DNA of 61,621 nt, the filler included, from Choristocarpus tenellus KU-1152 (lineage: Eukaryota > Protista > Phaeophyceae): the NCBI GenBank assembly GCA_964200185.2. It is 11 parts of 11 records of this genome, joined end to end, with 100 filler letters (N's around TTAATTAATTAA, not from the genome) between each part and the next. Parts side by side here need not be neighbours in the genome. Positions count along the whole stretch, not along the records: positions 30,189 to 38,541 come from CAXNAD020004819.1; positions 38,642 to 42,480 come from CAXNAD020017637.1; positions 42,581 to 51,838 come from CAXNAD020003835.1; 8 more parts are not named here. One strand, written 5' to 3'. The stretch's first letter is position 1. Each line of letters starts with the position of its first letter. Both the position numbers and the translations under genes were made by a program. The notes below the pieces were generated by a model that made no database searches, was not told the origin of the DNA, and worked only from the letters and a program-made list of their open reading frames with translations. This document shows positions 37,901 to 49,033 of this stretch, piece after piece.

Positions 37901-38141
37901 TAATATGTGGTAGTGGTAAATTCCTAAGTGTTAGGGATTCCATGTAACAACAAAAAGACCAAAACAAAACACAAAACCACACTGGTCGGTTGTGCGCCTT
38001 CTGCAGCAGACCTAGCTGTCATATCCCTAACCCCATCATAATGATTATACTTTCAACCTCCCCTTCTGAGATAATCTTAAACTACTTCAAGTCAAATACT
38101 AAGGAGAACCCACCTCAACAAAGGCAAAGCCCCTGGGCCTC
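34909..38141 (-). CDS. SR (RRM + RS domain) splicing factor, SC35-like/SRSF10-like, with acidic tail; 5' exons missing
   Basis: Phase-compatible exons: 38141-38114 (RPRGFAFVE = RNP1), 37085-36996 (FYDPRDAADAKDRLDGYNLDGRNIAVLYAQ), 36518-36349 (EKRKRPDEM...RSRSRSPPPRRR), 35964-35815 (RS repeats) and 35266-34909 (D/E-rich tail, stop). Confidence 0.92.
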
Positions 38142-38641
38142 CTGCAATTCCAAACCAAGAGGAGCAGGATCAATTGGAGACGGGGAAGAAGGGGAGGGAA
38201 ATATGCATGGGAGGGGGGGGGGCAGGAAATGGAAAGTGGGCACGAGGAACAAGTCCAAGGGATAGGTCAGTCTGTGTAGGGTTGAATATATACAGAGTAC
38301 CACAGATGAGAAAAAGGAGATGTGATATGTACACGCATATACAAGTTCAACATTTGAAAGTACACCACCCCATGTTGTTAATCACGCCAGCTTTTTTTTT
38401 TCCTATTTTTTACTCGATGAAAGGTAACAGGGTAAGAGGTCAACTTTATTTTAGGGAGGAAAAAAAAGTATTAAGCGGGATAGTGTAACACGATTTTACA
38501 GAAAAGCTCAAAATCAACGAGCGCATCAGTAGGGGGGAGTGNNNNNNNNNNNNNNNNNNNNNNNNNNNNNNNNNNNNNNNNNNNNTTAATTAATTAANNN
38601 NNNNNNNNNNNNNNNNNNNNNNNNNNNNNNNNNNNNNNNNN

Positions 38642-38991
38642 CCACCCAATTTCGTTGGTCTTCTATCAACTACTCTGTAGGTACTCCAACCATAAGCCTC
38701 TATTCTTCAACTTCTTATTGACTTTGACATTTTCCTCTGTAATGTTCCGAATCTTACTCTGCATGTTCTCAAAATAATCACTTATTCTGTAAGGTTAACC
38801 TACGTGTTACTAATATCGTATATAGTTCGCACTTCTCAGAACTCGAGAAATAATCTTCACACTTTATGTCTGTTACAAATGTTCGTATTTCCTAACACAT
38901 GAGGAGAAAATGTTCGCGCTATTCGTGTATAACAAATGCTCAAACTTTGTTGAAATACAAGAAGAAACGCTCACGCTATTCGCCTGTAACA
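38642..38991 (+). mobile_element. TGT...ACA element (family D), 3' part
   Basis: Collinear with 47720-48084; ends CTATTCGCCTGTAACA; abuts the 3' region of a CRE-like copy. Confidence 0.8.
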
Positions 38992-39835
38992 ATTCCTCTG
39001 CCCCAGGGTGAGGGGCTAGAGAGGCATCCCAAGAATCCAACGAACCCCTCCGTACCCATCTCCCTGGTGACTCCAGCTTAAGACGCAGGATACGTCTAGA
39101 CAGTGCCACTTGCGTAGTTACTGAGACAATTTGGCATAGTCGGGATTTAACTACTCCTTTCCTGCTATATCCTCCAGTTCCTCTCCCCCCCACCATGTGT
39201 GTTGCCAGCTCATCCAGGAAGCAATCTGCTTACTTGCCGAGGTGCCCAAAACTTTCCACTGTGAAGGTGTTGAGGTTATAACGACGAGGATCAAAAGAGC
39301 CCTCGTAGTCGGCGCGCGCTTTCGCGCCTCGGTTGCAGCAGCAGCTACACCATTGCTGATGGATGAGTGTGCAAGATAGGGGAGCACTTCTGCAAATGTA
39401 ACATCAAGCAGAAGGCCTTTGTCCCAGTAGGGAGCTGTTCCAGCGTCCGCCAGTGCCTCTGCATGGAAAAATTGATAAATGCGGAGATTTCTGTCTACCG
39501 TGAAGGGGCTGCTGTCCTCTGTAGTGCAAGGGATGCCCATTCCCTTGCATAGTTGGCTTAGGCGTTTCAATGGGTGTGTGCTGTCCAACCTGTCTTCCTG
39601 CCCTTGGGCAGGTATGGGCATATGTCTGGTGTCGACATTTTGCCTCCTGCACTTTACCACTGGGCACCTGTTTGAGAGGGCCTCCTCCCTCCCTAGGGAT
39701 CTGCTGGCTGTAAGCTTGAATTCTAGAGGGGGGCTTTGGCATGCTGGTTCTAGGGGTTTCGCACTGGCTCCGGTGGCGTGCTAGAGCTAATGAGGAACTT
39801 TCCTTCCCCTGGTGCACTTCACTAGGTAGGCTGGC
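38992..39835 (-). mobile_element. CRE-like non-LTR retrotransposon, longest fragment (zinc-knuckle region + RLE), frameshifted
   Basis: CRRQNVDTRH.HTCPRAGRQVGQHTP...GIPCTTEDSSPFTVDRNLRI...KGLLLDVTFAE...AAAATEARKR...VGGRGTGGYSRKGVVKSRLCQIVSVTTQVALSRR. Resembles RLE elements recalled from brown algae. Confidence 0.85.
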
Positions 39836-39839
39836 TAAT

Positions 39840-40026
39840 GGGTCAAAGTATCTGGGGGGAGGGGGTGGTGGCTGTCCATACGGGCTCCATTTTTACATGT
39901 TGCAGTTTTGGGGTGATTTGGATGCATGCACGGATGGATAATGTAAGTGTACTTTTCCTGGTCAGGGCCCGAATGGACACTCTGGTTTAGAACCCCCCCC
40001 TCCGCCCCCACCAGATACTTTGAGCC
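39840..40026 (+). mobile_element. MITE subfamily C
   Basis: GGGTCAAAGTATCTGG...CCAGATACTTTGAGCC termini. Confidence 0.85.
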
Positions 40027-40094
40027 ATTTGCAAATATATTATTCGAAGAGCATTAAGTCTTTGAGGTGGAATAATAATTGGTATTTTCTGCAA

Positions 40095-42140
40095 CTAAAC
40101 TCCTTGCGAGAGTTCGGTCATATAATGCCCAATCTGTAGTGGTGTCGATCTTGTATGCATCCCTTGCCTCGCCTTTTTGAGGACCTTAATGAGAACAATG
40201 TACTCGTCTGCCTGCATTATAAATTAGTATCGAGTTTTTGTGTTCTCGTAGTGTGGTGCATGAACTCCCTCTTTCTTTCTGCCCATGGTCTCTGTCGAAC
40301 TATTATGCATGTGTGACATACTTACATACATGCTAGAAACAAAAATTGTAAATGCACCACAAACTCTACTGCTACATAATAAGTTCTTACATGTGATTAA
40401 CAGGATCAACAATGGAAGTGTATCTTTTTGGACTAGTAGTGTTTCAATCAGGCAACTTGAAACAATACACACACACAAACACACACAAGTATTTTGTGTG
40501 CGTTGTATTCTTTTCTTTGTGATACCTACTTACCTTGGCATAGCTCTGCATGGTACATATCAAACAGTTGAAACATTGGAGATCCATCCAGTATTGTGAG
40601 ATTTGTTCATTACTACTCTTATGTCTCTGGAGACAGAGGAAGAGGCCCAAGGAGGAAAGAGGCGGCCTGGGACTGATGCCCCAGAATAGTCTACCTGCAG
40701 TAACACTTGGTCTTTGTTATTGGAGACAGGGCTTGCGACCAACTCGATTTTCGTATGTAATTCTGGTTCTACCATTGATGGTACTACAAGTATTGTTAAA
40801 CTTATGCCTGTGAATGATTGGAAGTACACGAGGTAATGATATAAGATGCCACAGGCCGCTTCCAAAGCAGTGTCCTAATAAATGCAGGAAGTAACTGATA
40901 TTGTTTTCACCTGCCTCTTCTTATTACAAATCAAGTAGGGTGATGATGAAAGTACAGTTGTGTAGACCATGGGAAAAGCGTGTGTGAGGTGGTCTAGCTG
41001 AAAAGGAAAAGCATCACTCAACTCAAGTTTTCCGTTGAGGAATTTTATGTGGGTCCTTACTTTGAAGTAATACATGTACACCGATATTGGTTAGTTCATT
41101 CGTGGTTGTGTGTGTTGGAGGCCGAGGCAAGGAGGGTCCAGCAATGGAATACAAGGTTTGTCAGTGGTAGTGAGGGAGGCCTAACCCAGCCAAAGGCAGC
41201 ACAATGAAGAAATGGCTAATGAAGTTGACGTGGTCGATGCAGTTGGGAGATGTCGATGCATTGGCAACTAGAAGAGACGAGTGATTAATGTATGAAATTT
41301 GGGAGAGTGGATGGTATATGGCAATGTAATATAGAACGTAGGTGTACGATAGGGAGCAAAGAATGGGTCAATACTTGAATGACTTTCATAGGGTATTTGT
41401 ACGTTATTGGGGACCCCATCAAACTGTCTTCTGTTATGCCAAGTGTATGGATGCACACGTTCCTTGCTATATCGATAAAGTACAGATACACGGAAAAGGT
41501 ATTTTGAAGTACATGCAAGGAAGCAAGGAACTCCTACATCCGTGTATGTCTGTGCGTGTATGTACTAGTATGCGTATATATATTCTGTACAAGGGGAAGA
41601 GATTGACCATTGCTACTGTAACAGCAGCAAAATATTCAAATGTATTTTGCCGCAGATTCTTTGACGTTTTTTTTTGACAGCTGACTTGTGAGTGGGAGAC
41701 TGGAGGACTGCAATTGACCGTCTCATTAAGTCCTTTCTTGTGATCTTATCTGAAATTTGATCTATTTTCAAGCATAGTACACATCTCAAGACTAAGAATA
41801 AACGTTGAGTGATGGCTCAATCCACTTCACTGCATCATTACCCTCCCACTACCTACACTATGCTCTGTACATTAATATTTATCTGCACTACTCACATCCA
41901 CCACACCACAAAAAAGAAAAATAGGGGAATGGTGCTCTTCATTTCTCTGGGGGAATAGAGCGGATTGAATTGGGGCGCAAGACAGGACAAGAGCACATCC
42001 CAGCAGCAGAGAGCAAGTAAGGCAACAGGAAGGCAGTAGGACAGTGTTCTTCCCCCTTGTGTCAAAACCCCAACCCTTTTCCTCGTCCCATTGTTTGTTC
42101 TCGCCCACAGCTCCTTCTGTTCTTGCCAAGGTGCTAACGC
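40095..42140 (-). CDS. Possible 3' exons of a hypothetical protein
   Basis: Candidate phase-0 exons 42140-42075, 40997-40911 and 40211-40095 with AG/GT ends give ALAPWQEQKELWARTNNGTRKR|LDHLTHAFPMVYTTVLSSSPYLICNKKRQ|ADEYIVLIKVLKKARQG...*. No family recognised. Confidence 0.4.
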
Positions 42141-42580
42141 CTTGATATTATGCCCTCTGCAGTTTTGACTGTATACCGTGGGTCTGGTTAATGTCTCAAC
42201 AACTATCAGGGCCATTCCAACACACTATGTTTGATACCTAAAAGGGCAATACTTGATGGGTGGGATGTACTGCAGCATGTACTACATACTTCAATATTCT
42301 TAGTGTGCTCTGTCCCTAGGAGACAAAGAGGAGCCGGAATGATTAGAGGCTTCATTGTCACCCCCACCCATCTCCACACCACAATGAAGGTGTTTGGAAA
42401 TCTACTACATGGCTTGCTTGGAAGCATGACCAGACAGTGGGATCATCATCACTGTGATGCGTACAAACTTACTACCTTGTNNNNNNNNNNNNNNNNNNNN
42501 NNNNNNNNNNNNNNNNNNNNNNNNTTAATTAATTAANNNNNNNNNNNNNNNNNNNNNNNNNNNNNNNNNNNNNNNNNNNN

Positions 42581-42625
42581 GGAAAAACGGACGCCGACAC
42601 CCTTCCCCCCCAGATACTTTGACCC
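42581..42625 (-). mobile_element. MITE subfamily A end, inserted into a family D element
   Basis: GGAAAAACGGACGCCGACAC...CAGATACTTTGACCC directly followed by internal family D sequence. Confidence 0.8.
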
Positions 42626-42972
42626 TGCTCTATACGTACGTCAATCATAAACCTTTATTATGCTGCAACTTCTTAGGAACTTTGATGTTTTCTTCTGTAA
42701 TGTTACTACATATATATGCATACGAATATTACTCTGTATCTTCTACGAAATGAGCATTTATTTATTCTGTAAGACTACCTACCTATGTGTTACCAATCTC
42801 GTATATTGTTCGCACTTGTTAGAACGGGAGAAACAATGCTCGCACTATTCGCCTGTCACAAATGTTCATGTTTGCTATAACATGAGAGCGAATGCTCGCG
42901 CTATTCGCGTGTAACAAATGCTCGCGTTTGTTAGAATATGAGAAGAAATGCTCGCACTATTCGCCTGTAACA
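42626..42972 (+). mobile_element. TGT...ACA element (family D), 3' part
   Basis: Collinear with 47748-48084; ends CTATTCGCCTGTAACA. Confidence 0.82.
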
Positions 42973-45059
42973 CTTTACTTATTCTCCAACACACACAGAT
43001 GTTAGGACGTGGGAAGTCAGCCTACTATGCATGGCACGCAATGGATAAACTATTTTAGAGGGCCAGCACGGTCACCACGATTAGTCAGCCCCATAATTCT
43101 GTTTTAGACATGCTGACGACCAGGTCTTTGGGGTAACGATCATGATGTAGAAAGTACATAAAAAGGGTTGAAAGTTTTTTATATTCGATATTCCAAGATC
43201 AAATGAGTAATGTCATGGTTTTATTTATTTTCAAGTTGGTTTGATGCTGGAAACAAAAAATGCCGGAATTTCGCCATCTACGGTCTCCATTCCCTACGAG
43301 AGTTGGTATGCCCTTCATGTAATACAAGGAATAGCGCTCATATCACTTGTCACAGGAGTACAAGAAGAGGTGGGCTAAGTGCGATGAAAAATATGTATTT
43401 TTTGTAATGTTTCTTAGTATTTACAACATAACATGCGCTGAAGTTGTCTATCAGCTGGGGTCGACAGTAGTTGGTGCAATATCTGAGGTGACACGAGTAA
43501 GGCGAGATTAAGCTAAGCAAAGAGAAAACAACACATACTGTACCACTTCACCCTAAGCCCATATAGACAAACGACCCCTGGAGAAGACTATGCAGGGTGT
43601 TGCATTTTTCTCCATTACTATGATTTCCTACTGCCTATGCCTTCCATGCTTGGGCACCAAACAGCGTAATCTCCATAAGAAGAACGAAGCACCACAGCGT
43701 GATCAACTACCTGAGAGGTGGTTGCACTTTGTGGTCACTATGTTGCCAGCAGAGGACAACGAGTATTCAGATGCAGCTGAAGCGACCTGTATAGGGAAAT
43801 ATTATTGTCTCTCACAACTTACTCAACCCTCTAAGAACCTCCTTTGCCTTCCTTCATTTGAGGGGACCACCAAAATCCCTTAACATGTCGGTATCCACTC
43901 GTTGCATACCACAATATACTTCCAGCTGATAGTTTAGGTTATCCTGATAACCACCATCTCTACACGAGGGAACCCCATCACCCCACTGTTGTTTGTCACG
44001 TTTTGGTCGTCTTCTTGAGCAACTTAGTCAACCTAACTGCTGGTTGTTCTTATCACGAGGAGGTTTTCCCCTTGAGGTCGCATTTCTCCACAAGGTAGTT
44101 AACCCTCATTGAAACGCCTGCCAACACTTACGAAAGAAGTTCCGAATTCGTGACCTTCTTTTGGCGTTGGGGGCAAATTTCATAGCCAACGCCTCAACTC
44201 TACCATCAACTTCCTTGTTGTCCCCCACGTCATCTTCTTGTTTACCATTTTTTTCTTTACTTCTGCTGCCTTCGCTTGTATAGTTAAGGTACATCCATTG
44301 TTTAGCACACTTTCCCGATCCTCATTTATCACGACAAGCACAACTACAATACAGGAGTATTGCCCCACAGAACTGCGGTATTATGTGATGACTATTCTTC
44401 AACCCTCTCAAGCACACATCGTCCATATGAACACCACCCAGTCAAATAGTCATCGTGACATGTACATTTCAAGTGGTGTATGACTGGCTGACTCTTGTAC
44501 CCTGCACGTTGTCAATTTTTGTTAGCTGCGCCCTCACGAAAGACCCATTCATTCCACATACACGTTCTTGGGCACTAGAGTTCCTCCATTACAGAAAAAT
44601 GTCAAAAATTGAATGAAGGACGAAAAATCTGCCCACTTGGGGTTATTTTTTGAGAAAATGATATGAAATGAAATGATATTTTGTATTTTTATTATTATGC
44701 CCGCTGACATTTTGTAGATGCGTCAGGGGAAAAACCGATGAAAAGTCAACTCGATTTCAGAACCCCTGAAAAAGTAACAATTGTCGTAAATGTGAAAGAT
44801 ATTTTCCTAATATGTATTTACTATTTTACTACCAGCTCTTTTTCTATAGAAGACTAGTTATCCTACAGTTTTCGCCATTCCATATTCGATTTTCTGAAAT
44901 AAAGAGTGCAGTTTCTATTTCGACTGCAATGATAGTATTTTACGCGTGACCACACTATTTTTGACCTAAAATATCCAAAGCTAACCACCTTCTCGTTGCT
45001 TGCATCCTCAAAAAGACTCTTGATTACTCAACTTAGTTTATACATTAGCAATTGAAAAA

Positions 45060-45133
45060 GGGCGGATAATGGGATTCGAACGCATGGCCTCGGCAACCCG
45101 AATGCCGAACCATACCTCTAGACCATACCCGCC
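45060..45133 (-). tRNA. tRNA-Pro(CGG)-like gene with 8-bp acceptor stem (possibly a pseudogene)
   Basis: GGCGGGTA TG GTCT AGAGGT ATGG TT CGGCA TTCGGGT TGCCG AGGCC ATGCG TTCGAAT CCCAT TATCCGCC C, followed immediately by TTTTT. A-box TGGTCTAGAGG, B-box GTTCGAATCC, perfect 5-bp anticodon stem, one C-C mismatch in the T stem. Confidence 0.75.
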
Positions 45134-45299
45134 TGAGGTGCTGTAATGTGCAGTTCTATCATTTCAAAACTGTACCCAGAGTTAATACAGGGGTAGATGT
45201 CACGTTTATTGTTATTGGTAACTAATCAAGAAAGTTCCGTTTTGAAAGGGAGACATTAATCGATAAAATGACAGGCAACGGTACAATGAGTCCAGTACA

Positions 45300-45770
45300 T
45301 AGCGTCATCTATTCACTACTTCAACCCCTTCGCGGAGGAACGTTTTGGTCGGCTCAGTAAGCAAGCGGAAAGTTTTCTGGATGAACTAGTTACTCATATG
45401 GTAGGGGAGAGGGAACTGGAGGCTACACCAGGAAAGGGGCAGTCAAAGGCCGCTTACGACAAACAGTTTCTCCAACAATGTAGGTGGTCCTGTCTAGGCG
45501 TGTCATGGGTTTTAAGCTGGAGTCACCAGGAAGATGGGCAAGGAGGGGCTTGTTAGATTATCGGGATGCTTCTCTAGCTCCTCACCCTGGCTGGGGTGCA
45601 GGGCTAAGCTAGGTTGGAGGCAAAGGAATTCAGTGGAACAGCATAGCTGATTATCTTTCACATTTATGACAACTGTTACTTTTTAGGGATTTTTTCTGAC
45701 ATGTGAATAGTTTTAATTGATTTTTGGCCTCAGAAGTTCTATAAAATGTCAGAGAGCACAATAATAAACA
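45300..45770 (+). mobile_element. CRE-like retroelement 3' fragment
   Basis: FNPFAEERFGRLSKQAESFLDELVTHMVG... plus a 3' tail shared with the 48610 copy. Confidence 0.78.
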
Positions 45771-46777
45771 AATAAGACAATGTTTGCAGTTTAGTTGGGG
45801 AGGCTGCTTCTTGCGTGATTTTTATGGGATCAATTCCCATCGACACCAAACCAATCTCGCTGAAATATAGTTTTCTCAATTCCAAGTGCCAAGCTCAACA
45901 GATTATATACCATAACTTTGCCAATAGTATCCTTCTCCCTACTACACCACAAATATACCGGACCAAGGTCAATGTCGAAGCACCTAGGAGGATCCAGCAG
46001 AAGATTTGAGAGAGGAAGCTGAGTGACACGATGTGAATTCCTGAACCCAACGCGCGTGAGAAGCAAGGTGGGAACGGAGGTGAGTAGAATTAGTTGTCGT
46101 GCAAAAGTTAGTTATCAGTAGCTACGATAATTGTTGAAGTTAGGTTCATTGCTTCTTCAGAAGAAGTATTACTATCAAGTGGAGGTTGCAATTGCAACCA
46201 ATGGGAAAGGATGAGGTCAACCACAAGATGAATTGTACTCTCTCCAGCAACTCAACAGTACATGATCCAAGAAACACTTGGGAAAACCAGAACCTGGAGC
46301 TGGGTGCATATGGTTGTGTTGTGCCGTGATCAGGAAGACGATCCAGCCCCAAAGTGGCCCAGGCCATGTGTCCGGCTGTGTGAGGGACACACGACCCAAG
46401 ATAAGCCGCGTGTGGCATATACTTCGAAGTATAAACAATCATTATGCTATATCTTAAGAATAATTCTGCACTTGTATCTTCATTTGTTGTGTTTTGGAGG
46501 ATGTATTGTGCACTACGTTGAATACAGTATCATTGTGGTAAATAGCAGAATAACAACCAGTTAGTGCATGAAGTGTACTACTATTTTATGCGCTGCTCCT
46601 GGACTACTGCTAGTGGTAAGAAGAAAATCAAACACCCTTGTACTGCTTGTTCTTCCCTCCACGACAACATCTGCAAAATGTCAGGGGACACAATAACGAA
46701 GTATTTTATGGTGGGTATGTTCTAGAGATGATCCTTGGAGTCAGATTTAAGCATATTGGTTGCCGATTGCATACGTT

Positions 46778-46865
46778 AGGAAAATGTCATAAAAAACACC
46801 ATGGGAAACCGAGCTCCAAATGGACAAACAGGGCAAAACTCGTACCCTCAAAGATACTTTCACTC
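46778..46865 (+). mobile_element. MITE subfamily B right end only
   Basis: ...GGACAAACAGGGCAAAACTCGTACCCTCAAAGATACTTTCACTC. Confidence 0.75.
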
Positions 46866-47217
46866 GGTCCAGACATAGTCAAAGAGAGGTCCAATGAGGG
46901 TTATTTGCCGTGTACTGTCTGTCTTTTGCAATCTATGTGGAAGGGTTCCTCTTGGATAAACCTCTAGCCGCCAATAATTATTATTTGAATGAAAGTTTTG
47001 AGTGCACCTCTGTCTTGGACCTCTTGTGTATTGAATTTACTGGTTAGGGTCATAGGTTCACGCTTTTGACTACATGTTTGATTAACATAATCCATTAAAA
47101 GAAGTTAGTGAGATGGCATAACAATCAGTCCTGTAACCTACTATTTTATTATAATGTGATTCTAGAGCTCTATCATTCTAGCAAGTGTGACAGATTGTCA
47201 TGCTCGCTATGAATATC

Positions 47218-48084
47218 TGTTACAGCGCGCCCCAGAACTCACCTCCACAGGATGTATATCTCAAACCCAACGACCTTAAAACGACGCTATGGAGACGTTG
47301 CCCTTGGGAACGGTTTGTTGAGTGTCAGGCAGCCTTCTCTTGATACTCCACAGACTGAAAGCATCTTAGAGGGTACACTTTTTGCCCTGTTTGTCCAATT
47401 GGGGGTTGGCTTCCCGTGTTTTTTTAAAATGATATTTTCCCACTCCAAAATGTTTCGGAGTAGGTCAAATGTATAGGTTATGAAAAGGTGTGTCAAGGAA
47501 ACGGTTACTGACACTTCCTAACAAACACGATAGCCAAGATTACATCAAAATCGCAACATTGGATTTTGGTCCCCAAATGGACGCTGCTCTACCCTCTAAG
47601 ATACTTCGACTCCTCAGTGCTTAGCTCAAAGCTCGGCTCAATGTTTCATTCAAGATTAAAGAGTGTTTTAAGAGGGGTGATGGTTTTGACCAAAAGCCCT
47701 CTTATTATTTTCATCATTCACCCAATTTCTTTGGTCTTCTATGCAACTGCTCTATACGTACTCCAATCATAAACCTTTATTCTGCAACTTCTTAGGGACT
47801 TTGACGTTTTCTTCTGTAATGTAACGTATGCATTCCGAATCTTACTCTGTATCTTCTACGAAATCATAATTTATTCTGTAAGGCTACCTATGTGTTACGA
47901 ATATCGTATATTGTTCGCATTTGTCAGAACGCGAGAAACAATGCTCGCACTATTAGCCTGTAAGAGATGTTTGTGTTTGCTGTAACATGATGAGAAGAAA
48001 TGCTTGCGCTATTCGCGTGTAACAAATAAACGCTCGCATTTGATAGAACACGAGAAGAAATGCTCGTGCTATTCGCCTGTAACA
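47218..48084 (+). mobile_element. Complete family D element (non-autonomous Ginger-like transposon or solo LTR) with nested MITE-B
   Basis: Termini TGTTACAG...CTGTAACA; TATC duplicated at 47214-47217 and 48085-48088; subterminal tandem copies of GCTCGCRCTATTCGCSTGTAACA. Confidence 0.8.
47353..47612 (-). mobile_element. MITE subfamily B nested in family D
   Basis: GACTGAAAGCATCTTAGAGGG...CCCTCTAAGATACTTCGACTC; flanks CACA/CTCA. Confidence 0.85.
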
Positions 48085-48609
48085 TATCAAGATATTTTGA
48101 GAGGCGTTATCAGCAACGGTGGTGATGGGTGCTTACACTCGCTAAGAATAAGGTTACCTAAAATACTGAACACAACCGTCATTTTACTGAGTGTGACAGA
48201 TTGTCACGTTTGCTAAAAATCTGCAAAAAGCGTGTTTTTGAACAATCTTTAAAATAAATTCATAAAAAGAGTTGCATACACTTGTCTATCCAGATTGTAT
48301 CACCTGTATGTGGAACACTTATAATTTTGACCCTACACTAACATCATGGTTGATGCATTGGTGCTGTTGAAATATCCAACACCTACTGCTCTTAACAAGG
48401 AACACTCTGGTGACTACCCCCCATTTTGATTCGTCTTCTGTTGTAAGAAGACATAATCTTAACGAGTCTACACATCGTATTTAATAATACAAAAAAAACA
48501 TATCGGCACTTTCTCCCAGTCAATTTTGGGTCAAGCCCATCCTCAATTTTTGAAATCCCCTGTTATCGTCTCTATTGTTCTGACATTGTCTTTACAATAG
48601 AGCCAGCAT

Positions 48610-49033
48610 ATAGTTATAAACTCAACATCTTCGCGGTGGAGAGTTTTGGGTTACTCGGCAAGCAAGCGGAACGTTTCCTGGATGAGCTAGTTACACACGT
48701 GGTAGGGGGGAGAGGAACTGGTACAACAGAAAAGAAGCCGTTAAATCCTGTGCACGCCATAAAGTCTCAGTCACAATGCAAGTAGCCCTATCTAGACGTG
48801 TCATGCGCTTTAAGCTGGAGTCACCAGAGAGATGGGCAAGGAGGGGCTTGTTAGATTCTTGGGATGGTTTTCTAGTTCCTCACTCTCGAAAGGCAGTAGT
48901 ACAATATCGTAGTAAAATAAGAAATACACATTTCTTACTTTTGTGACAACTGTCACTTCTTCAGGGATTTTTCAGACATGTGGATAGTTTTTATTATTTG
49001 TTTCTTTAGAAAATGTTAGAGGGAAAAAATATT
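48610..49033 (+). mobile_element. CRE-like retroelement 3' fragment with 13-bp TSD
   Basis: SYKLNIFAVESFGLLGKQAERFLDELVTHVVGG...; ATAGAGCCAGCAT duplicated at 48597-48609 and 49034-49046. Confidence 0.85.
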
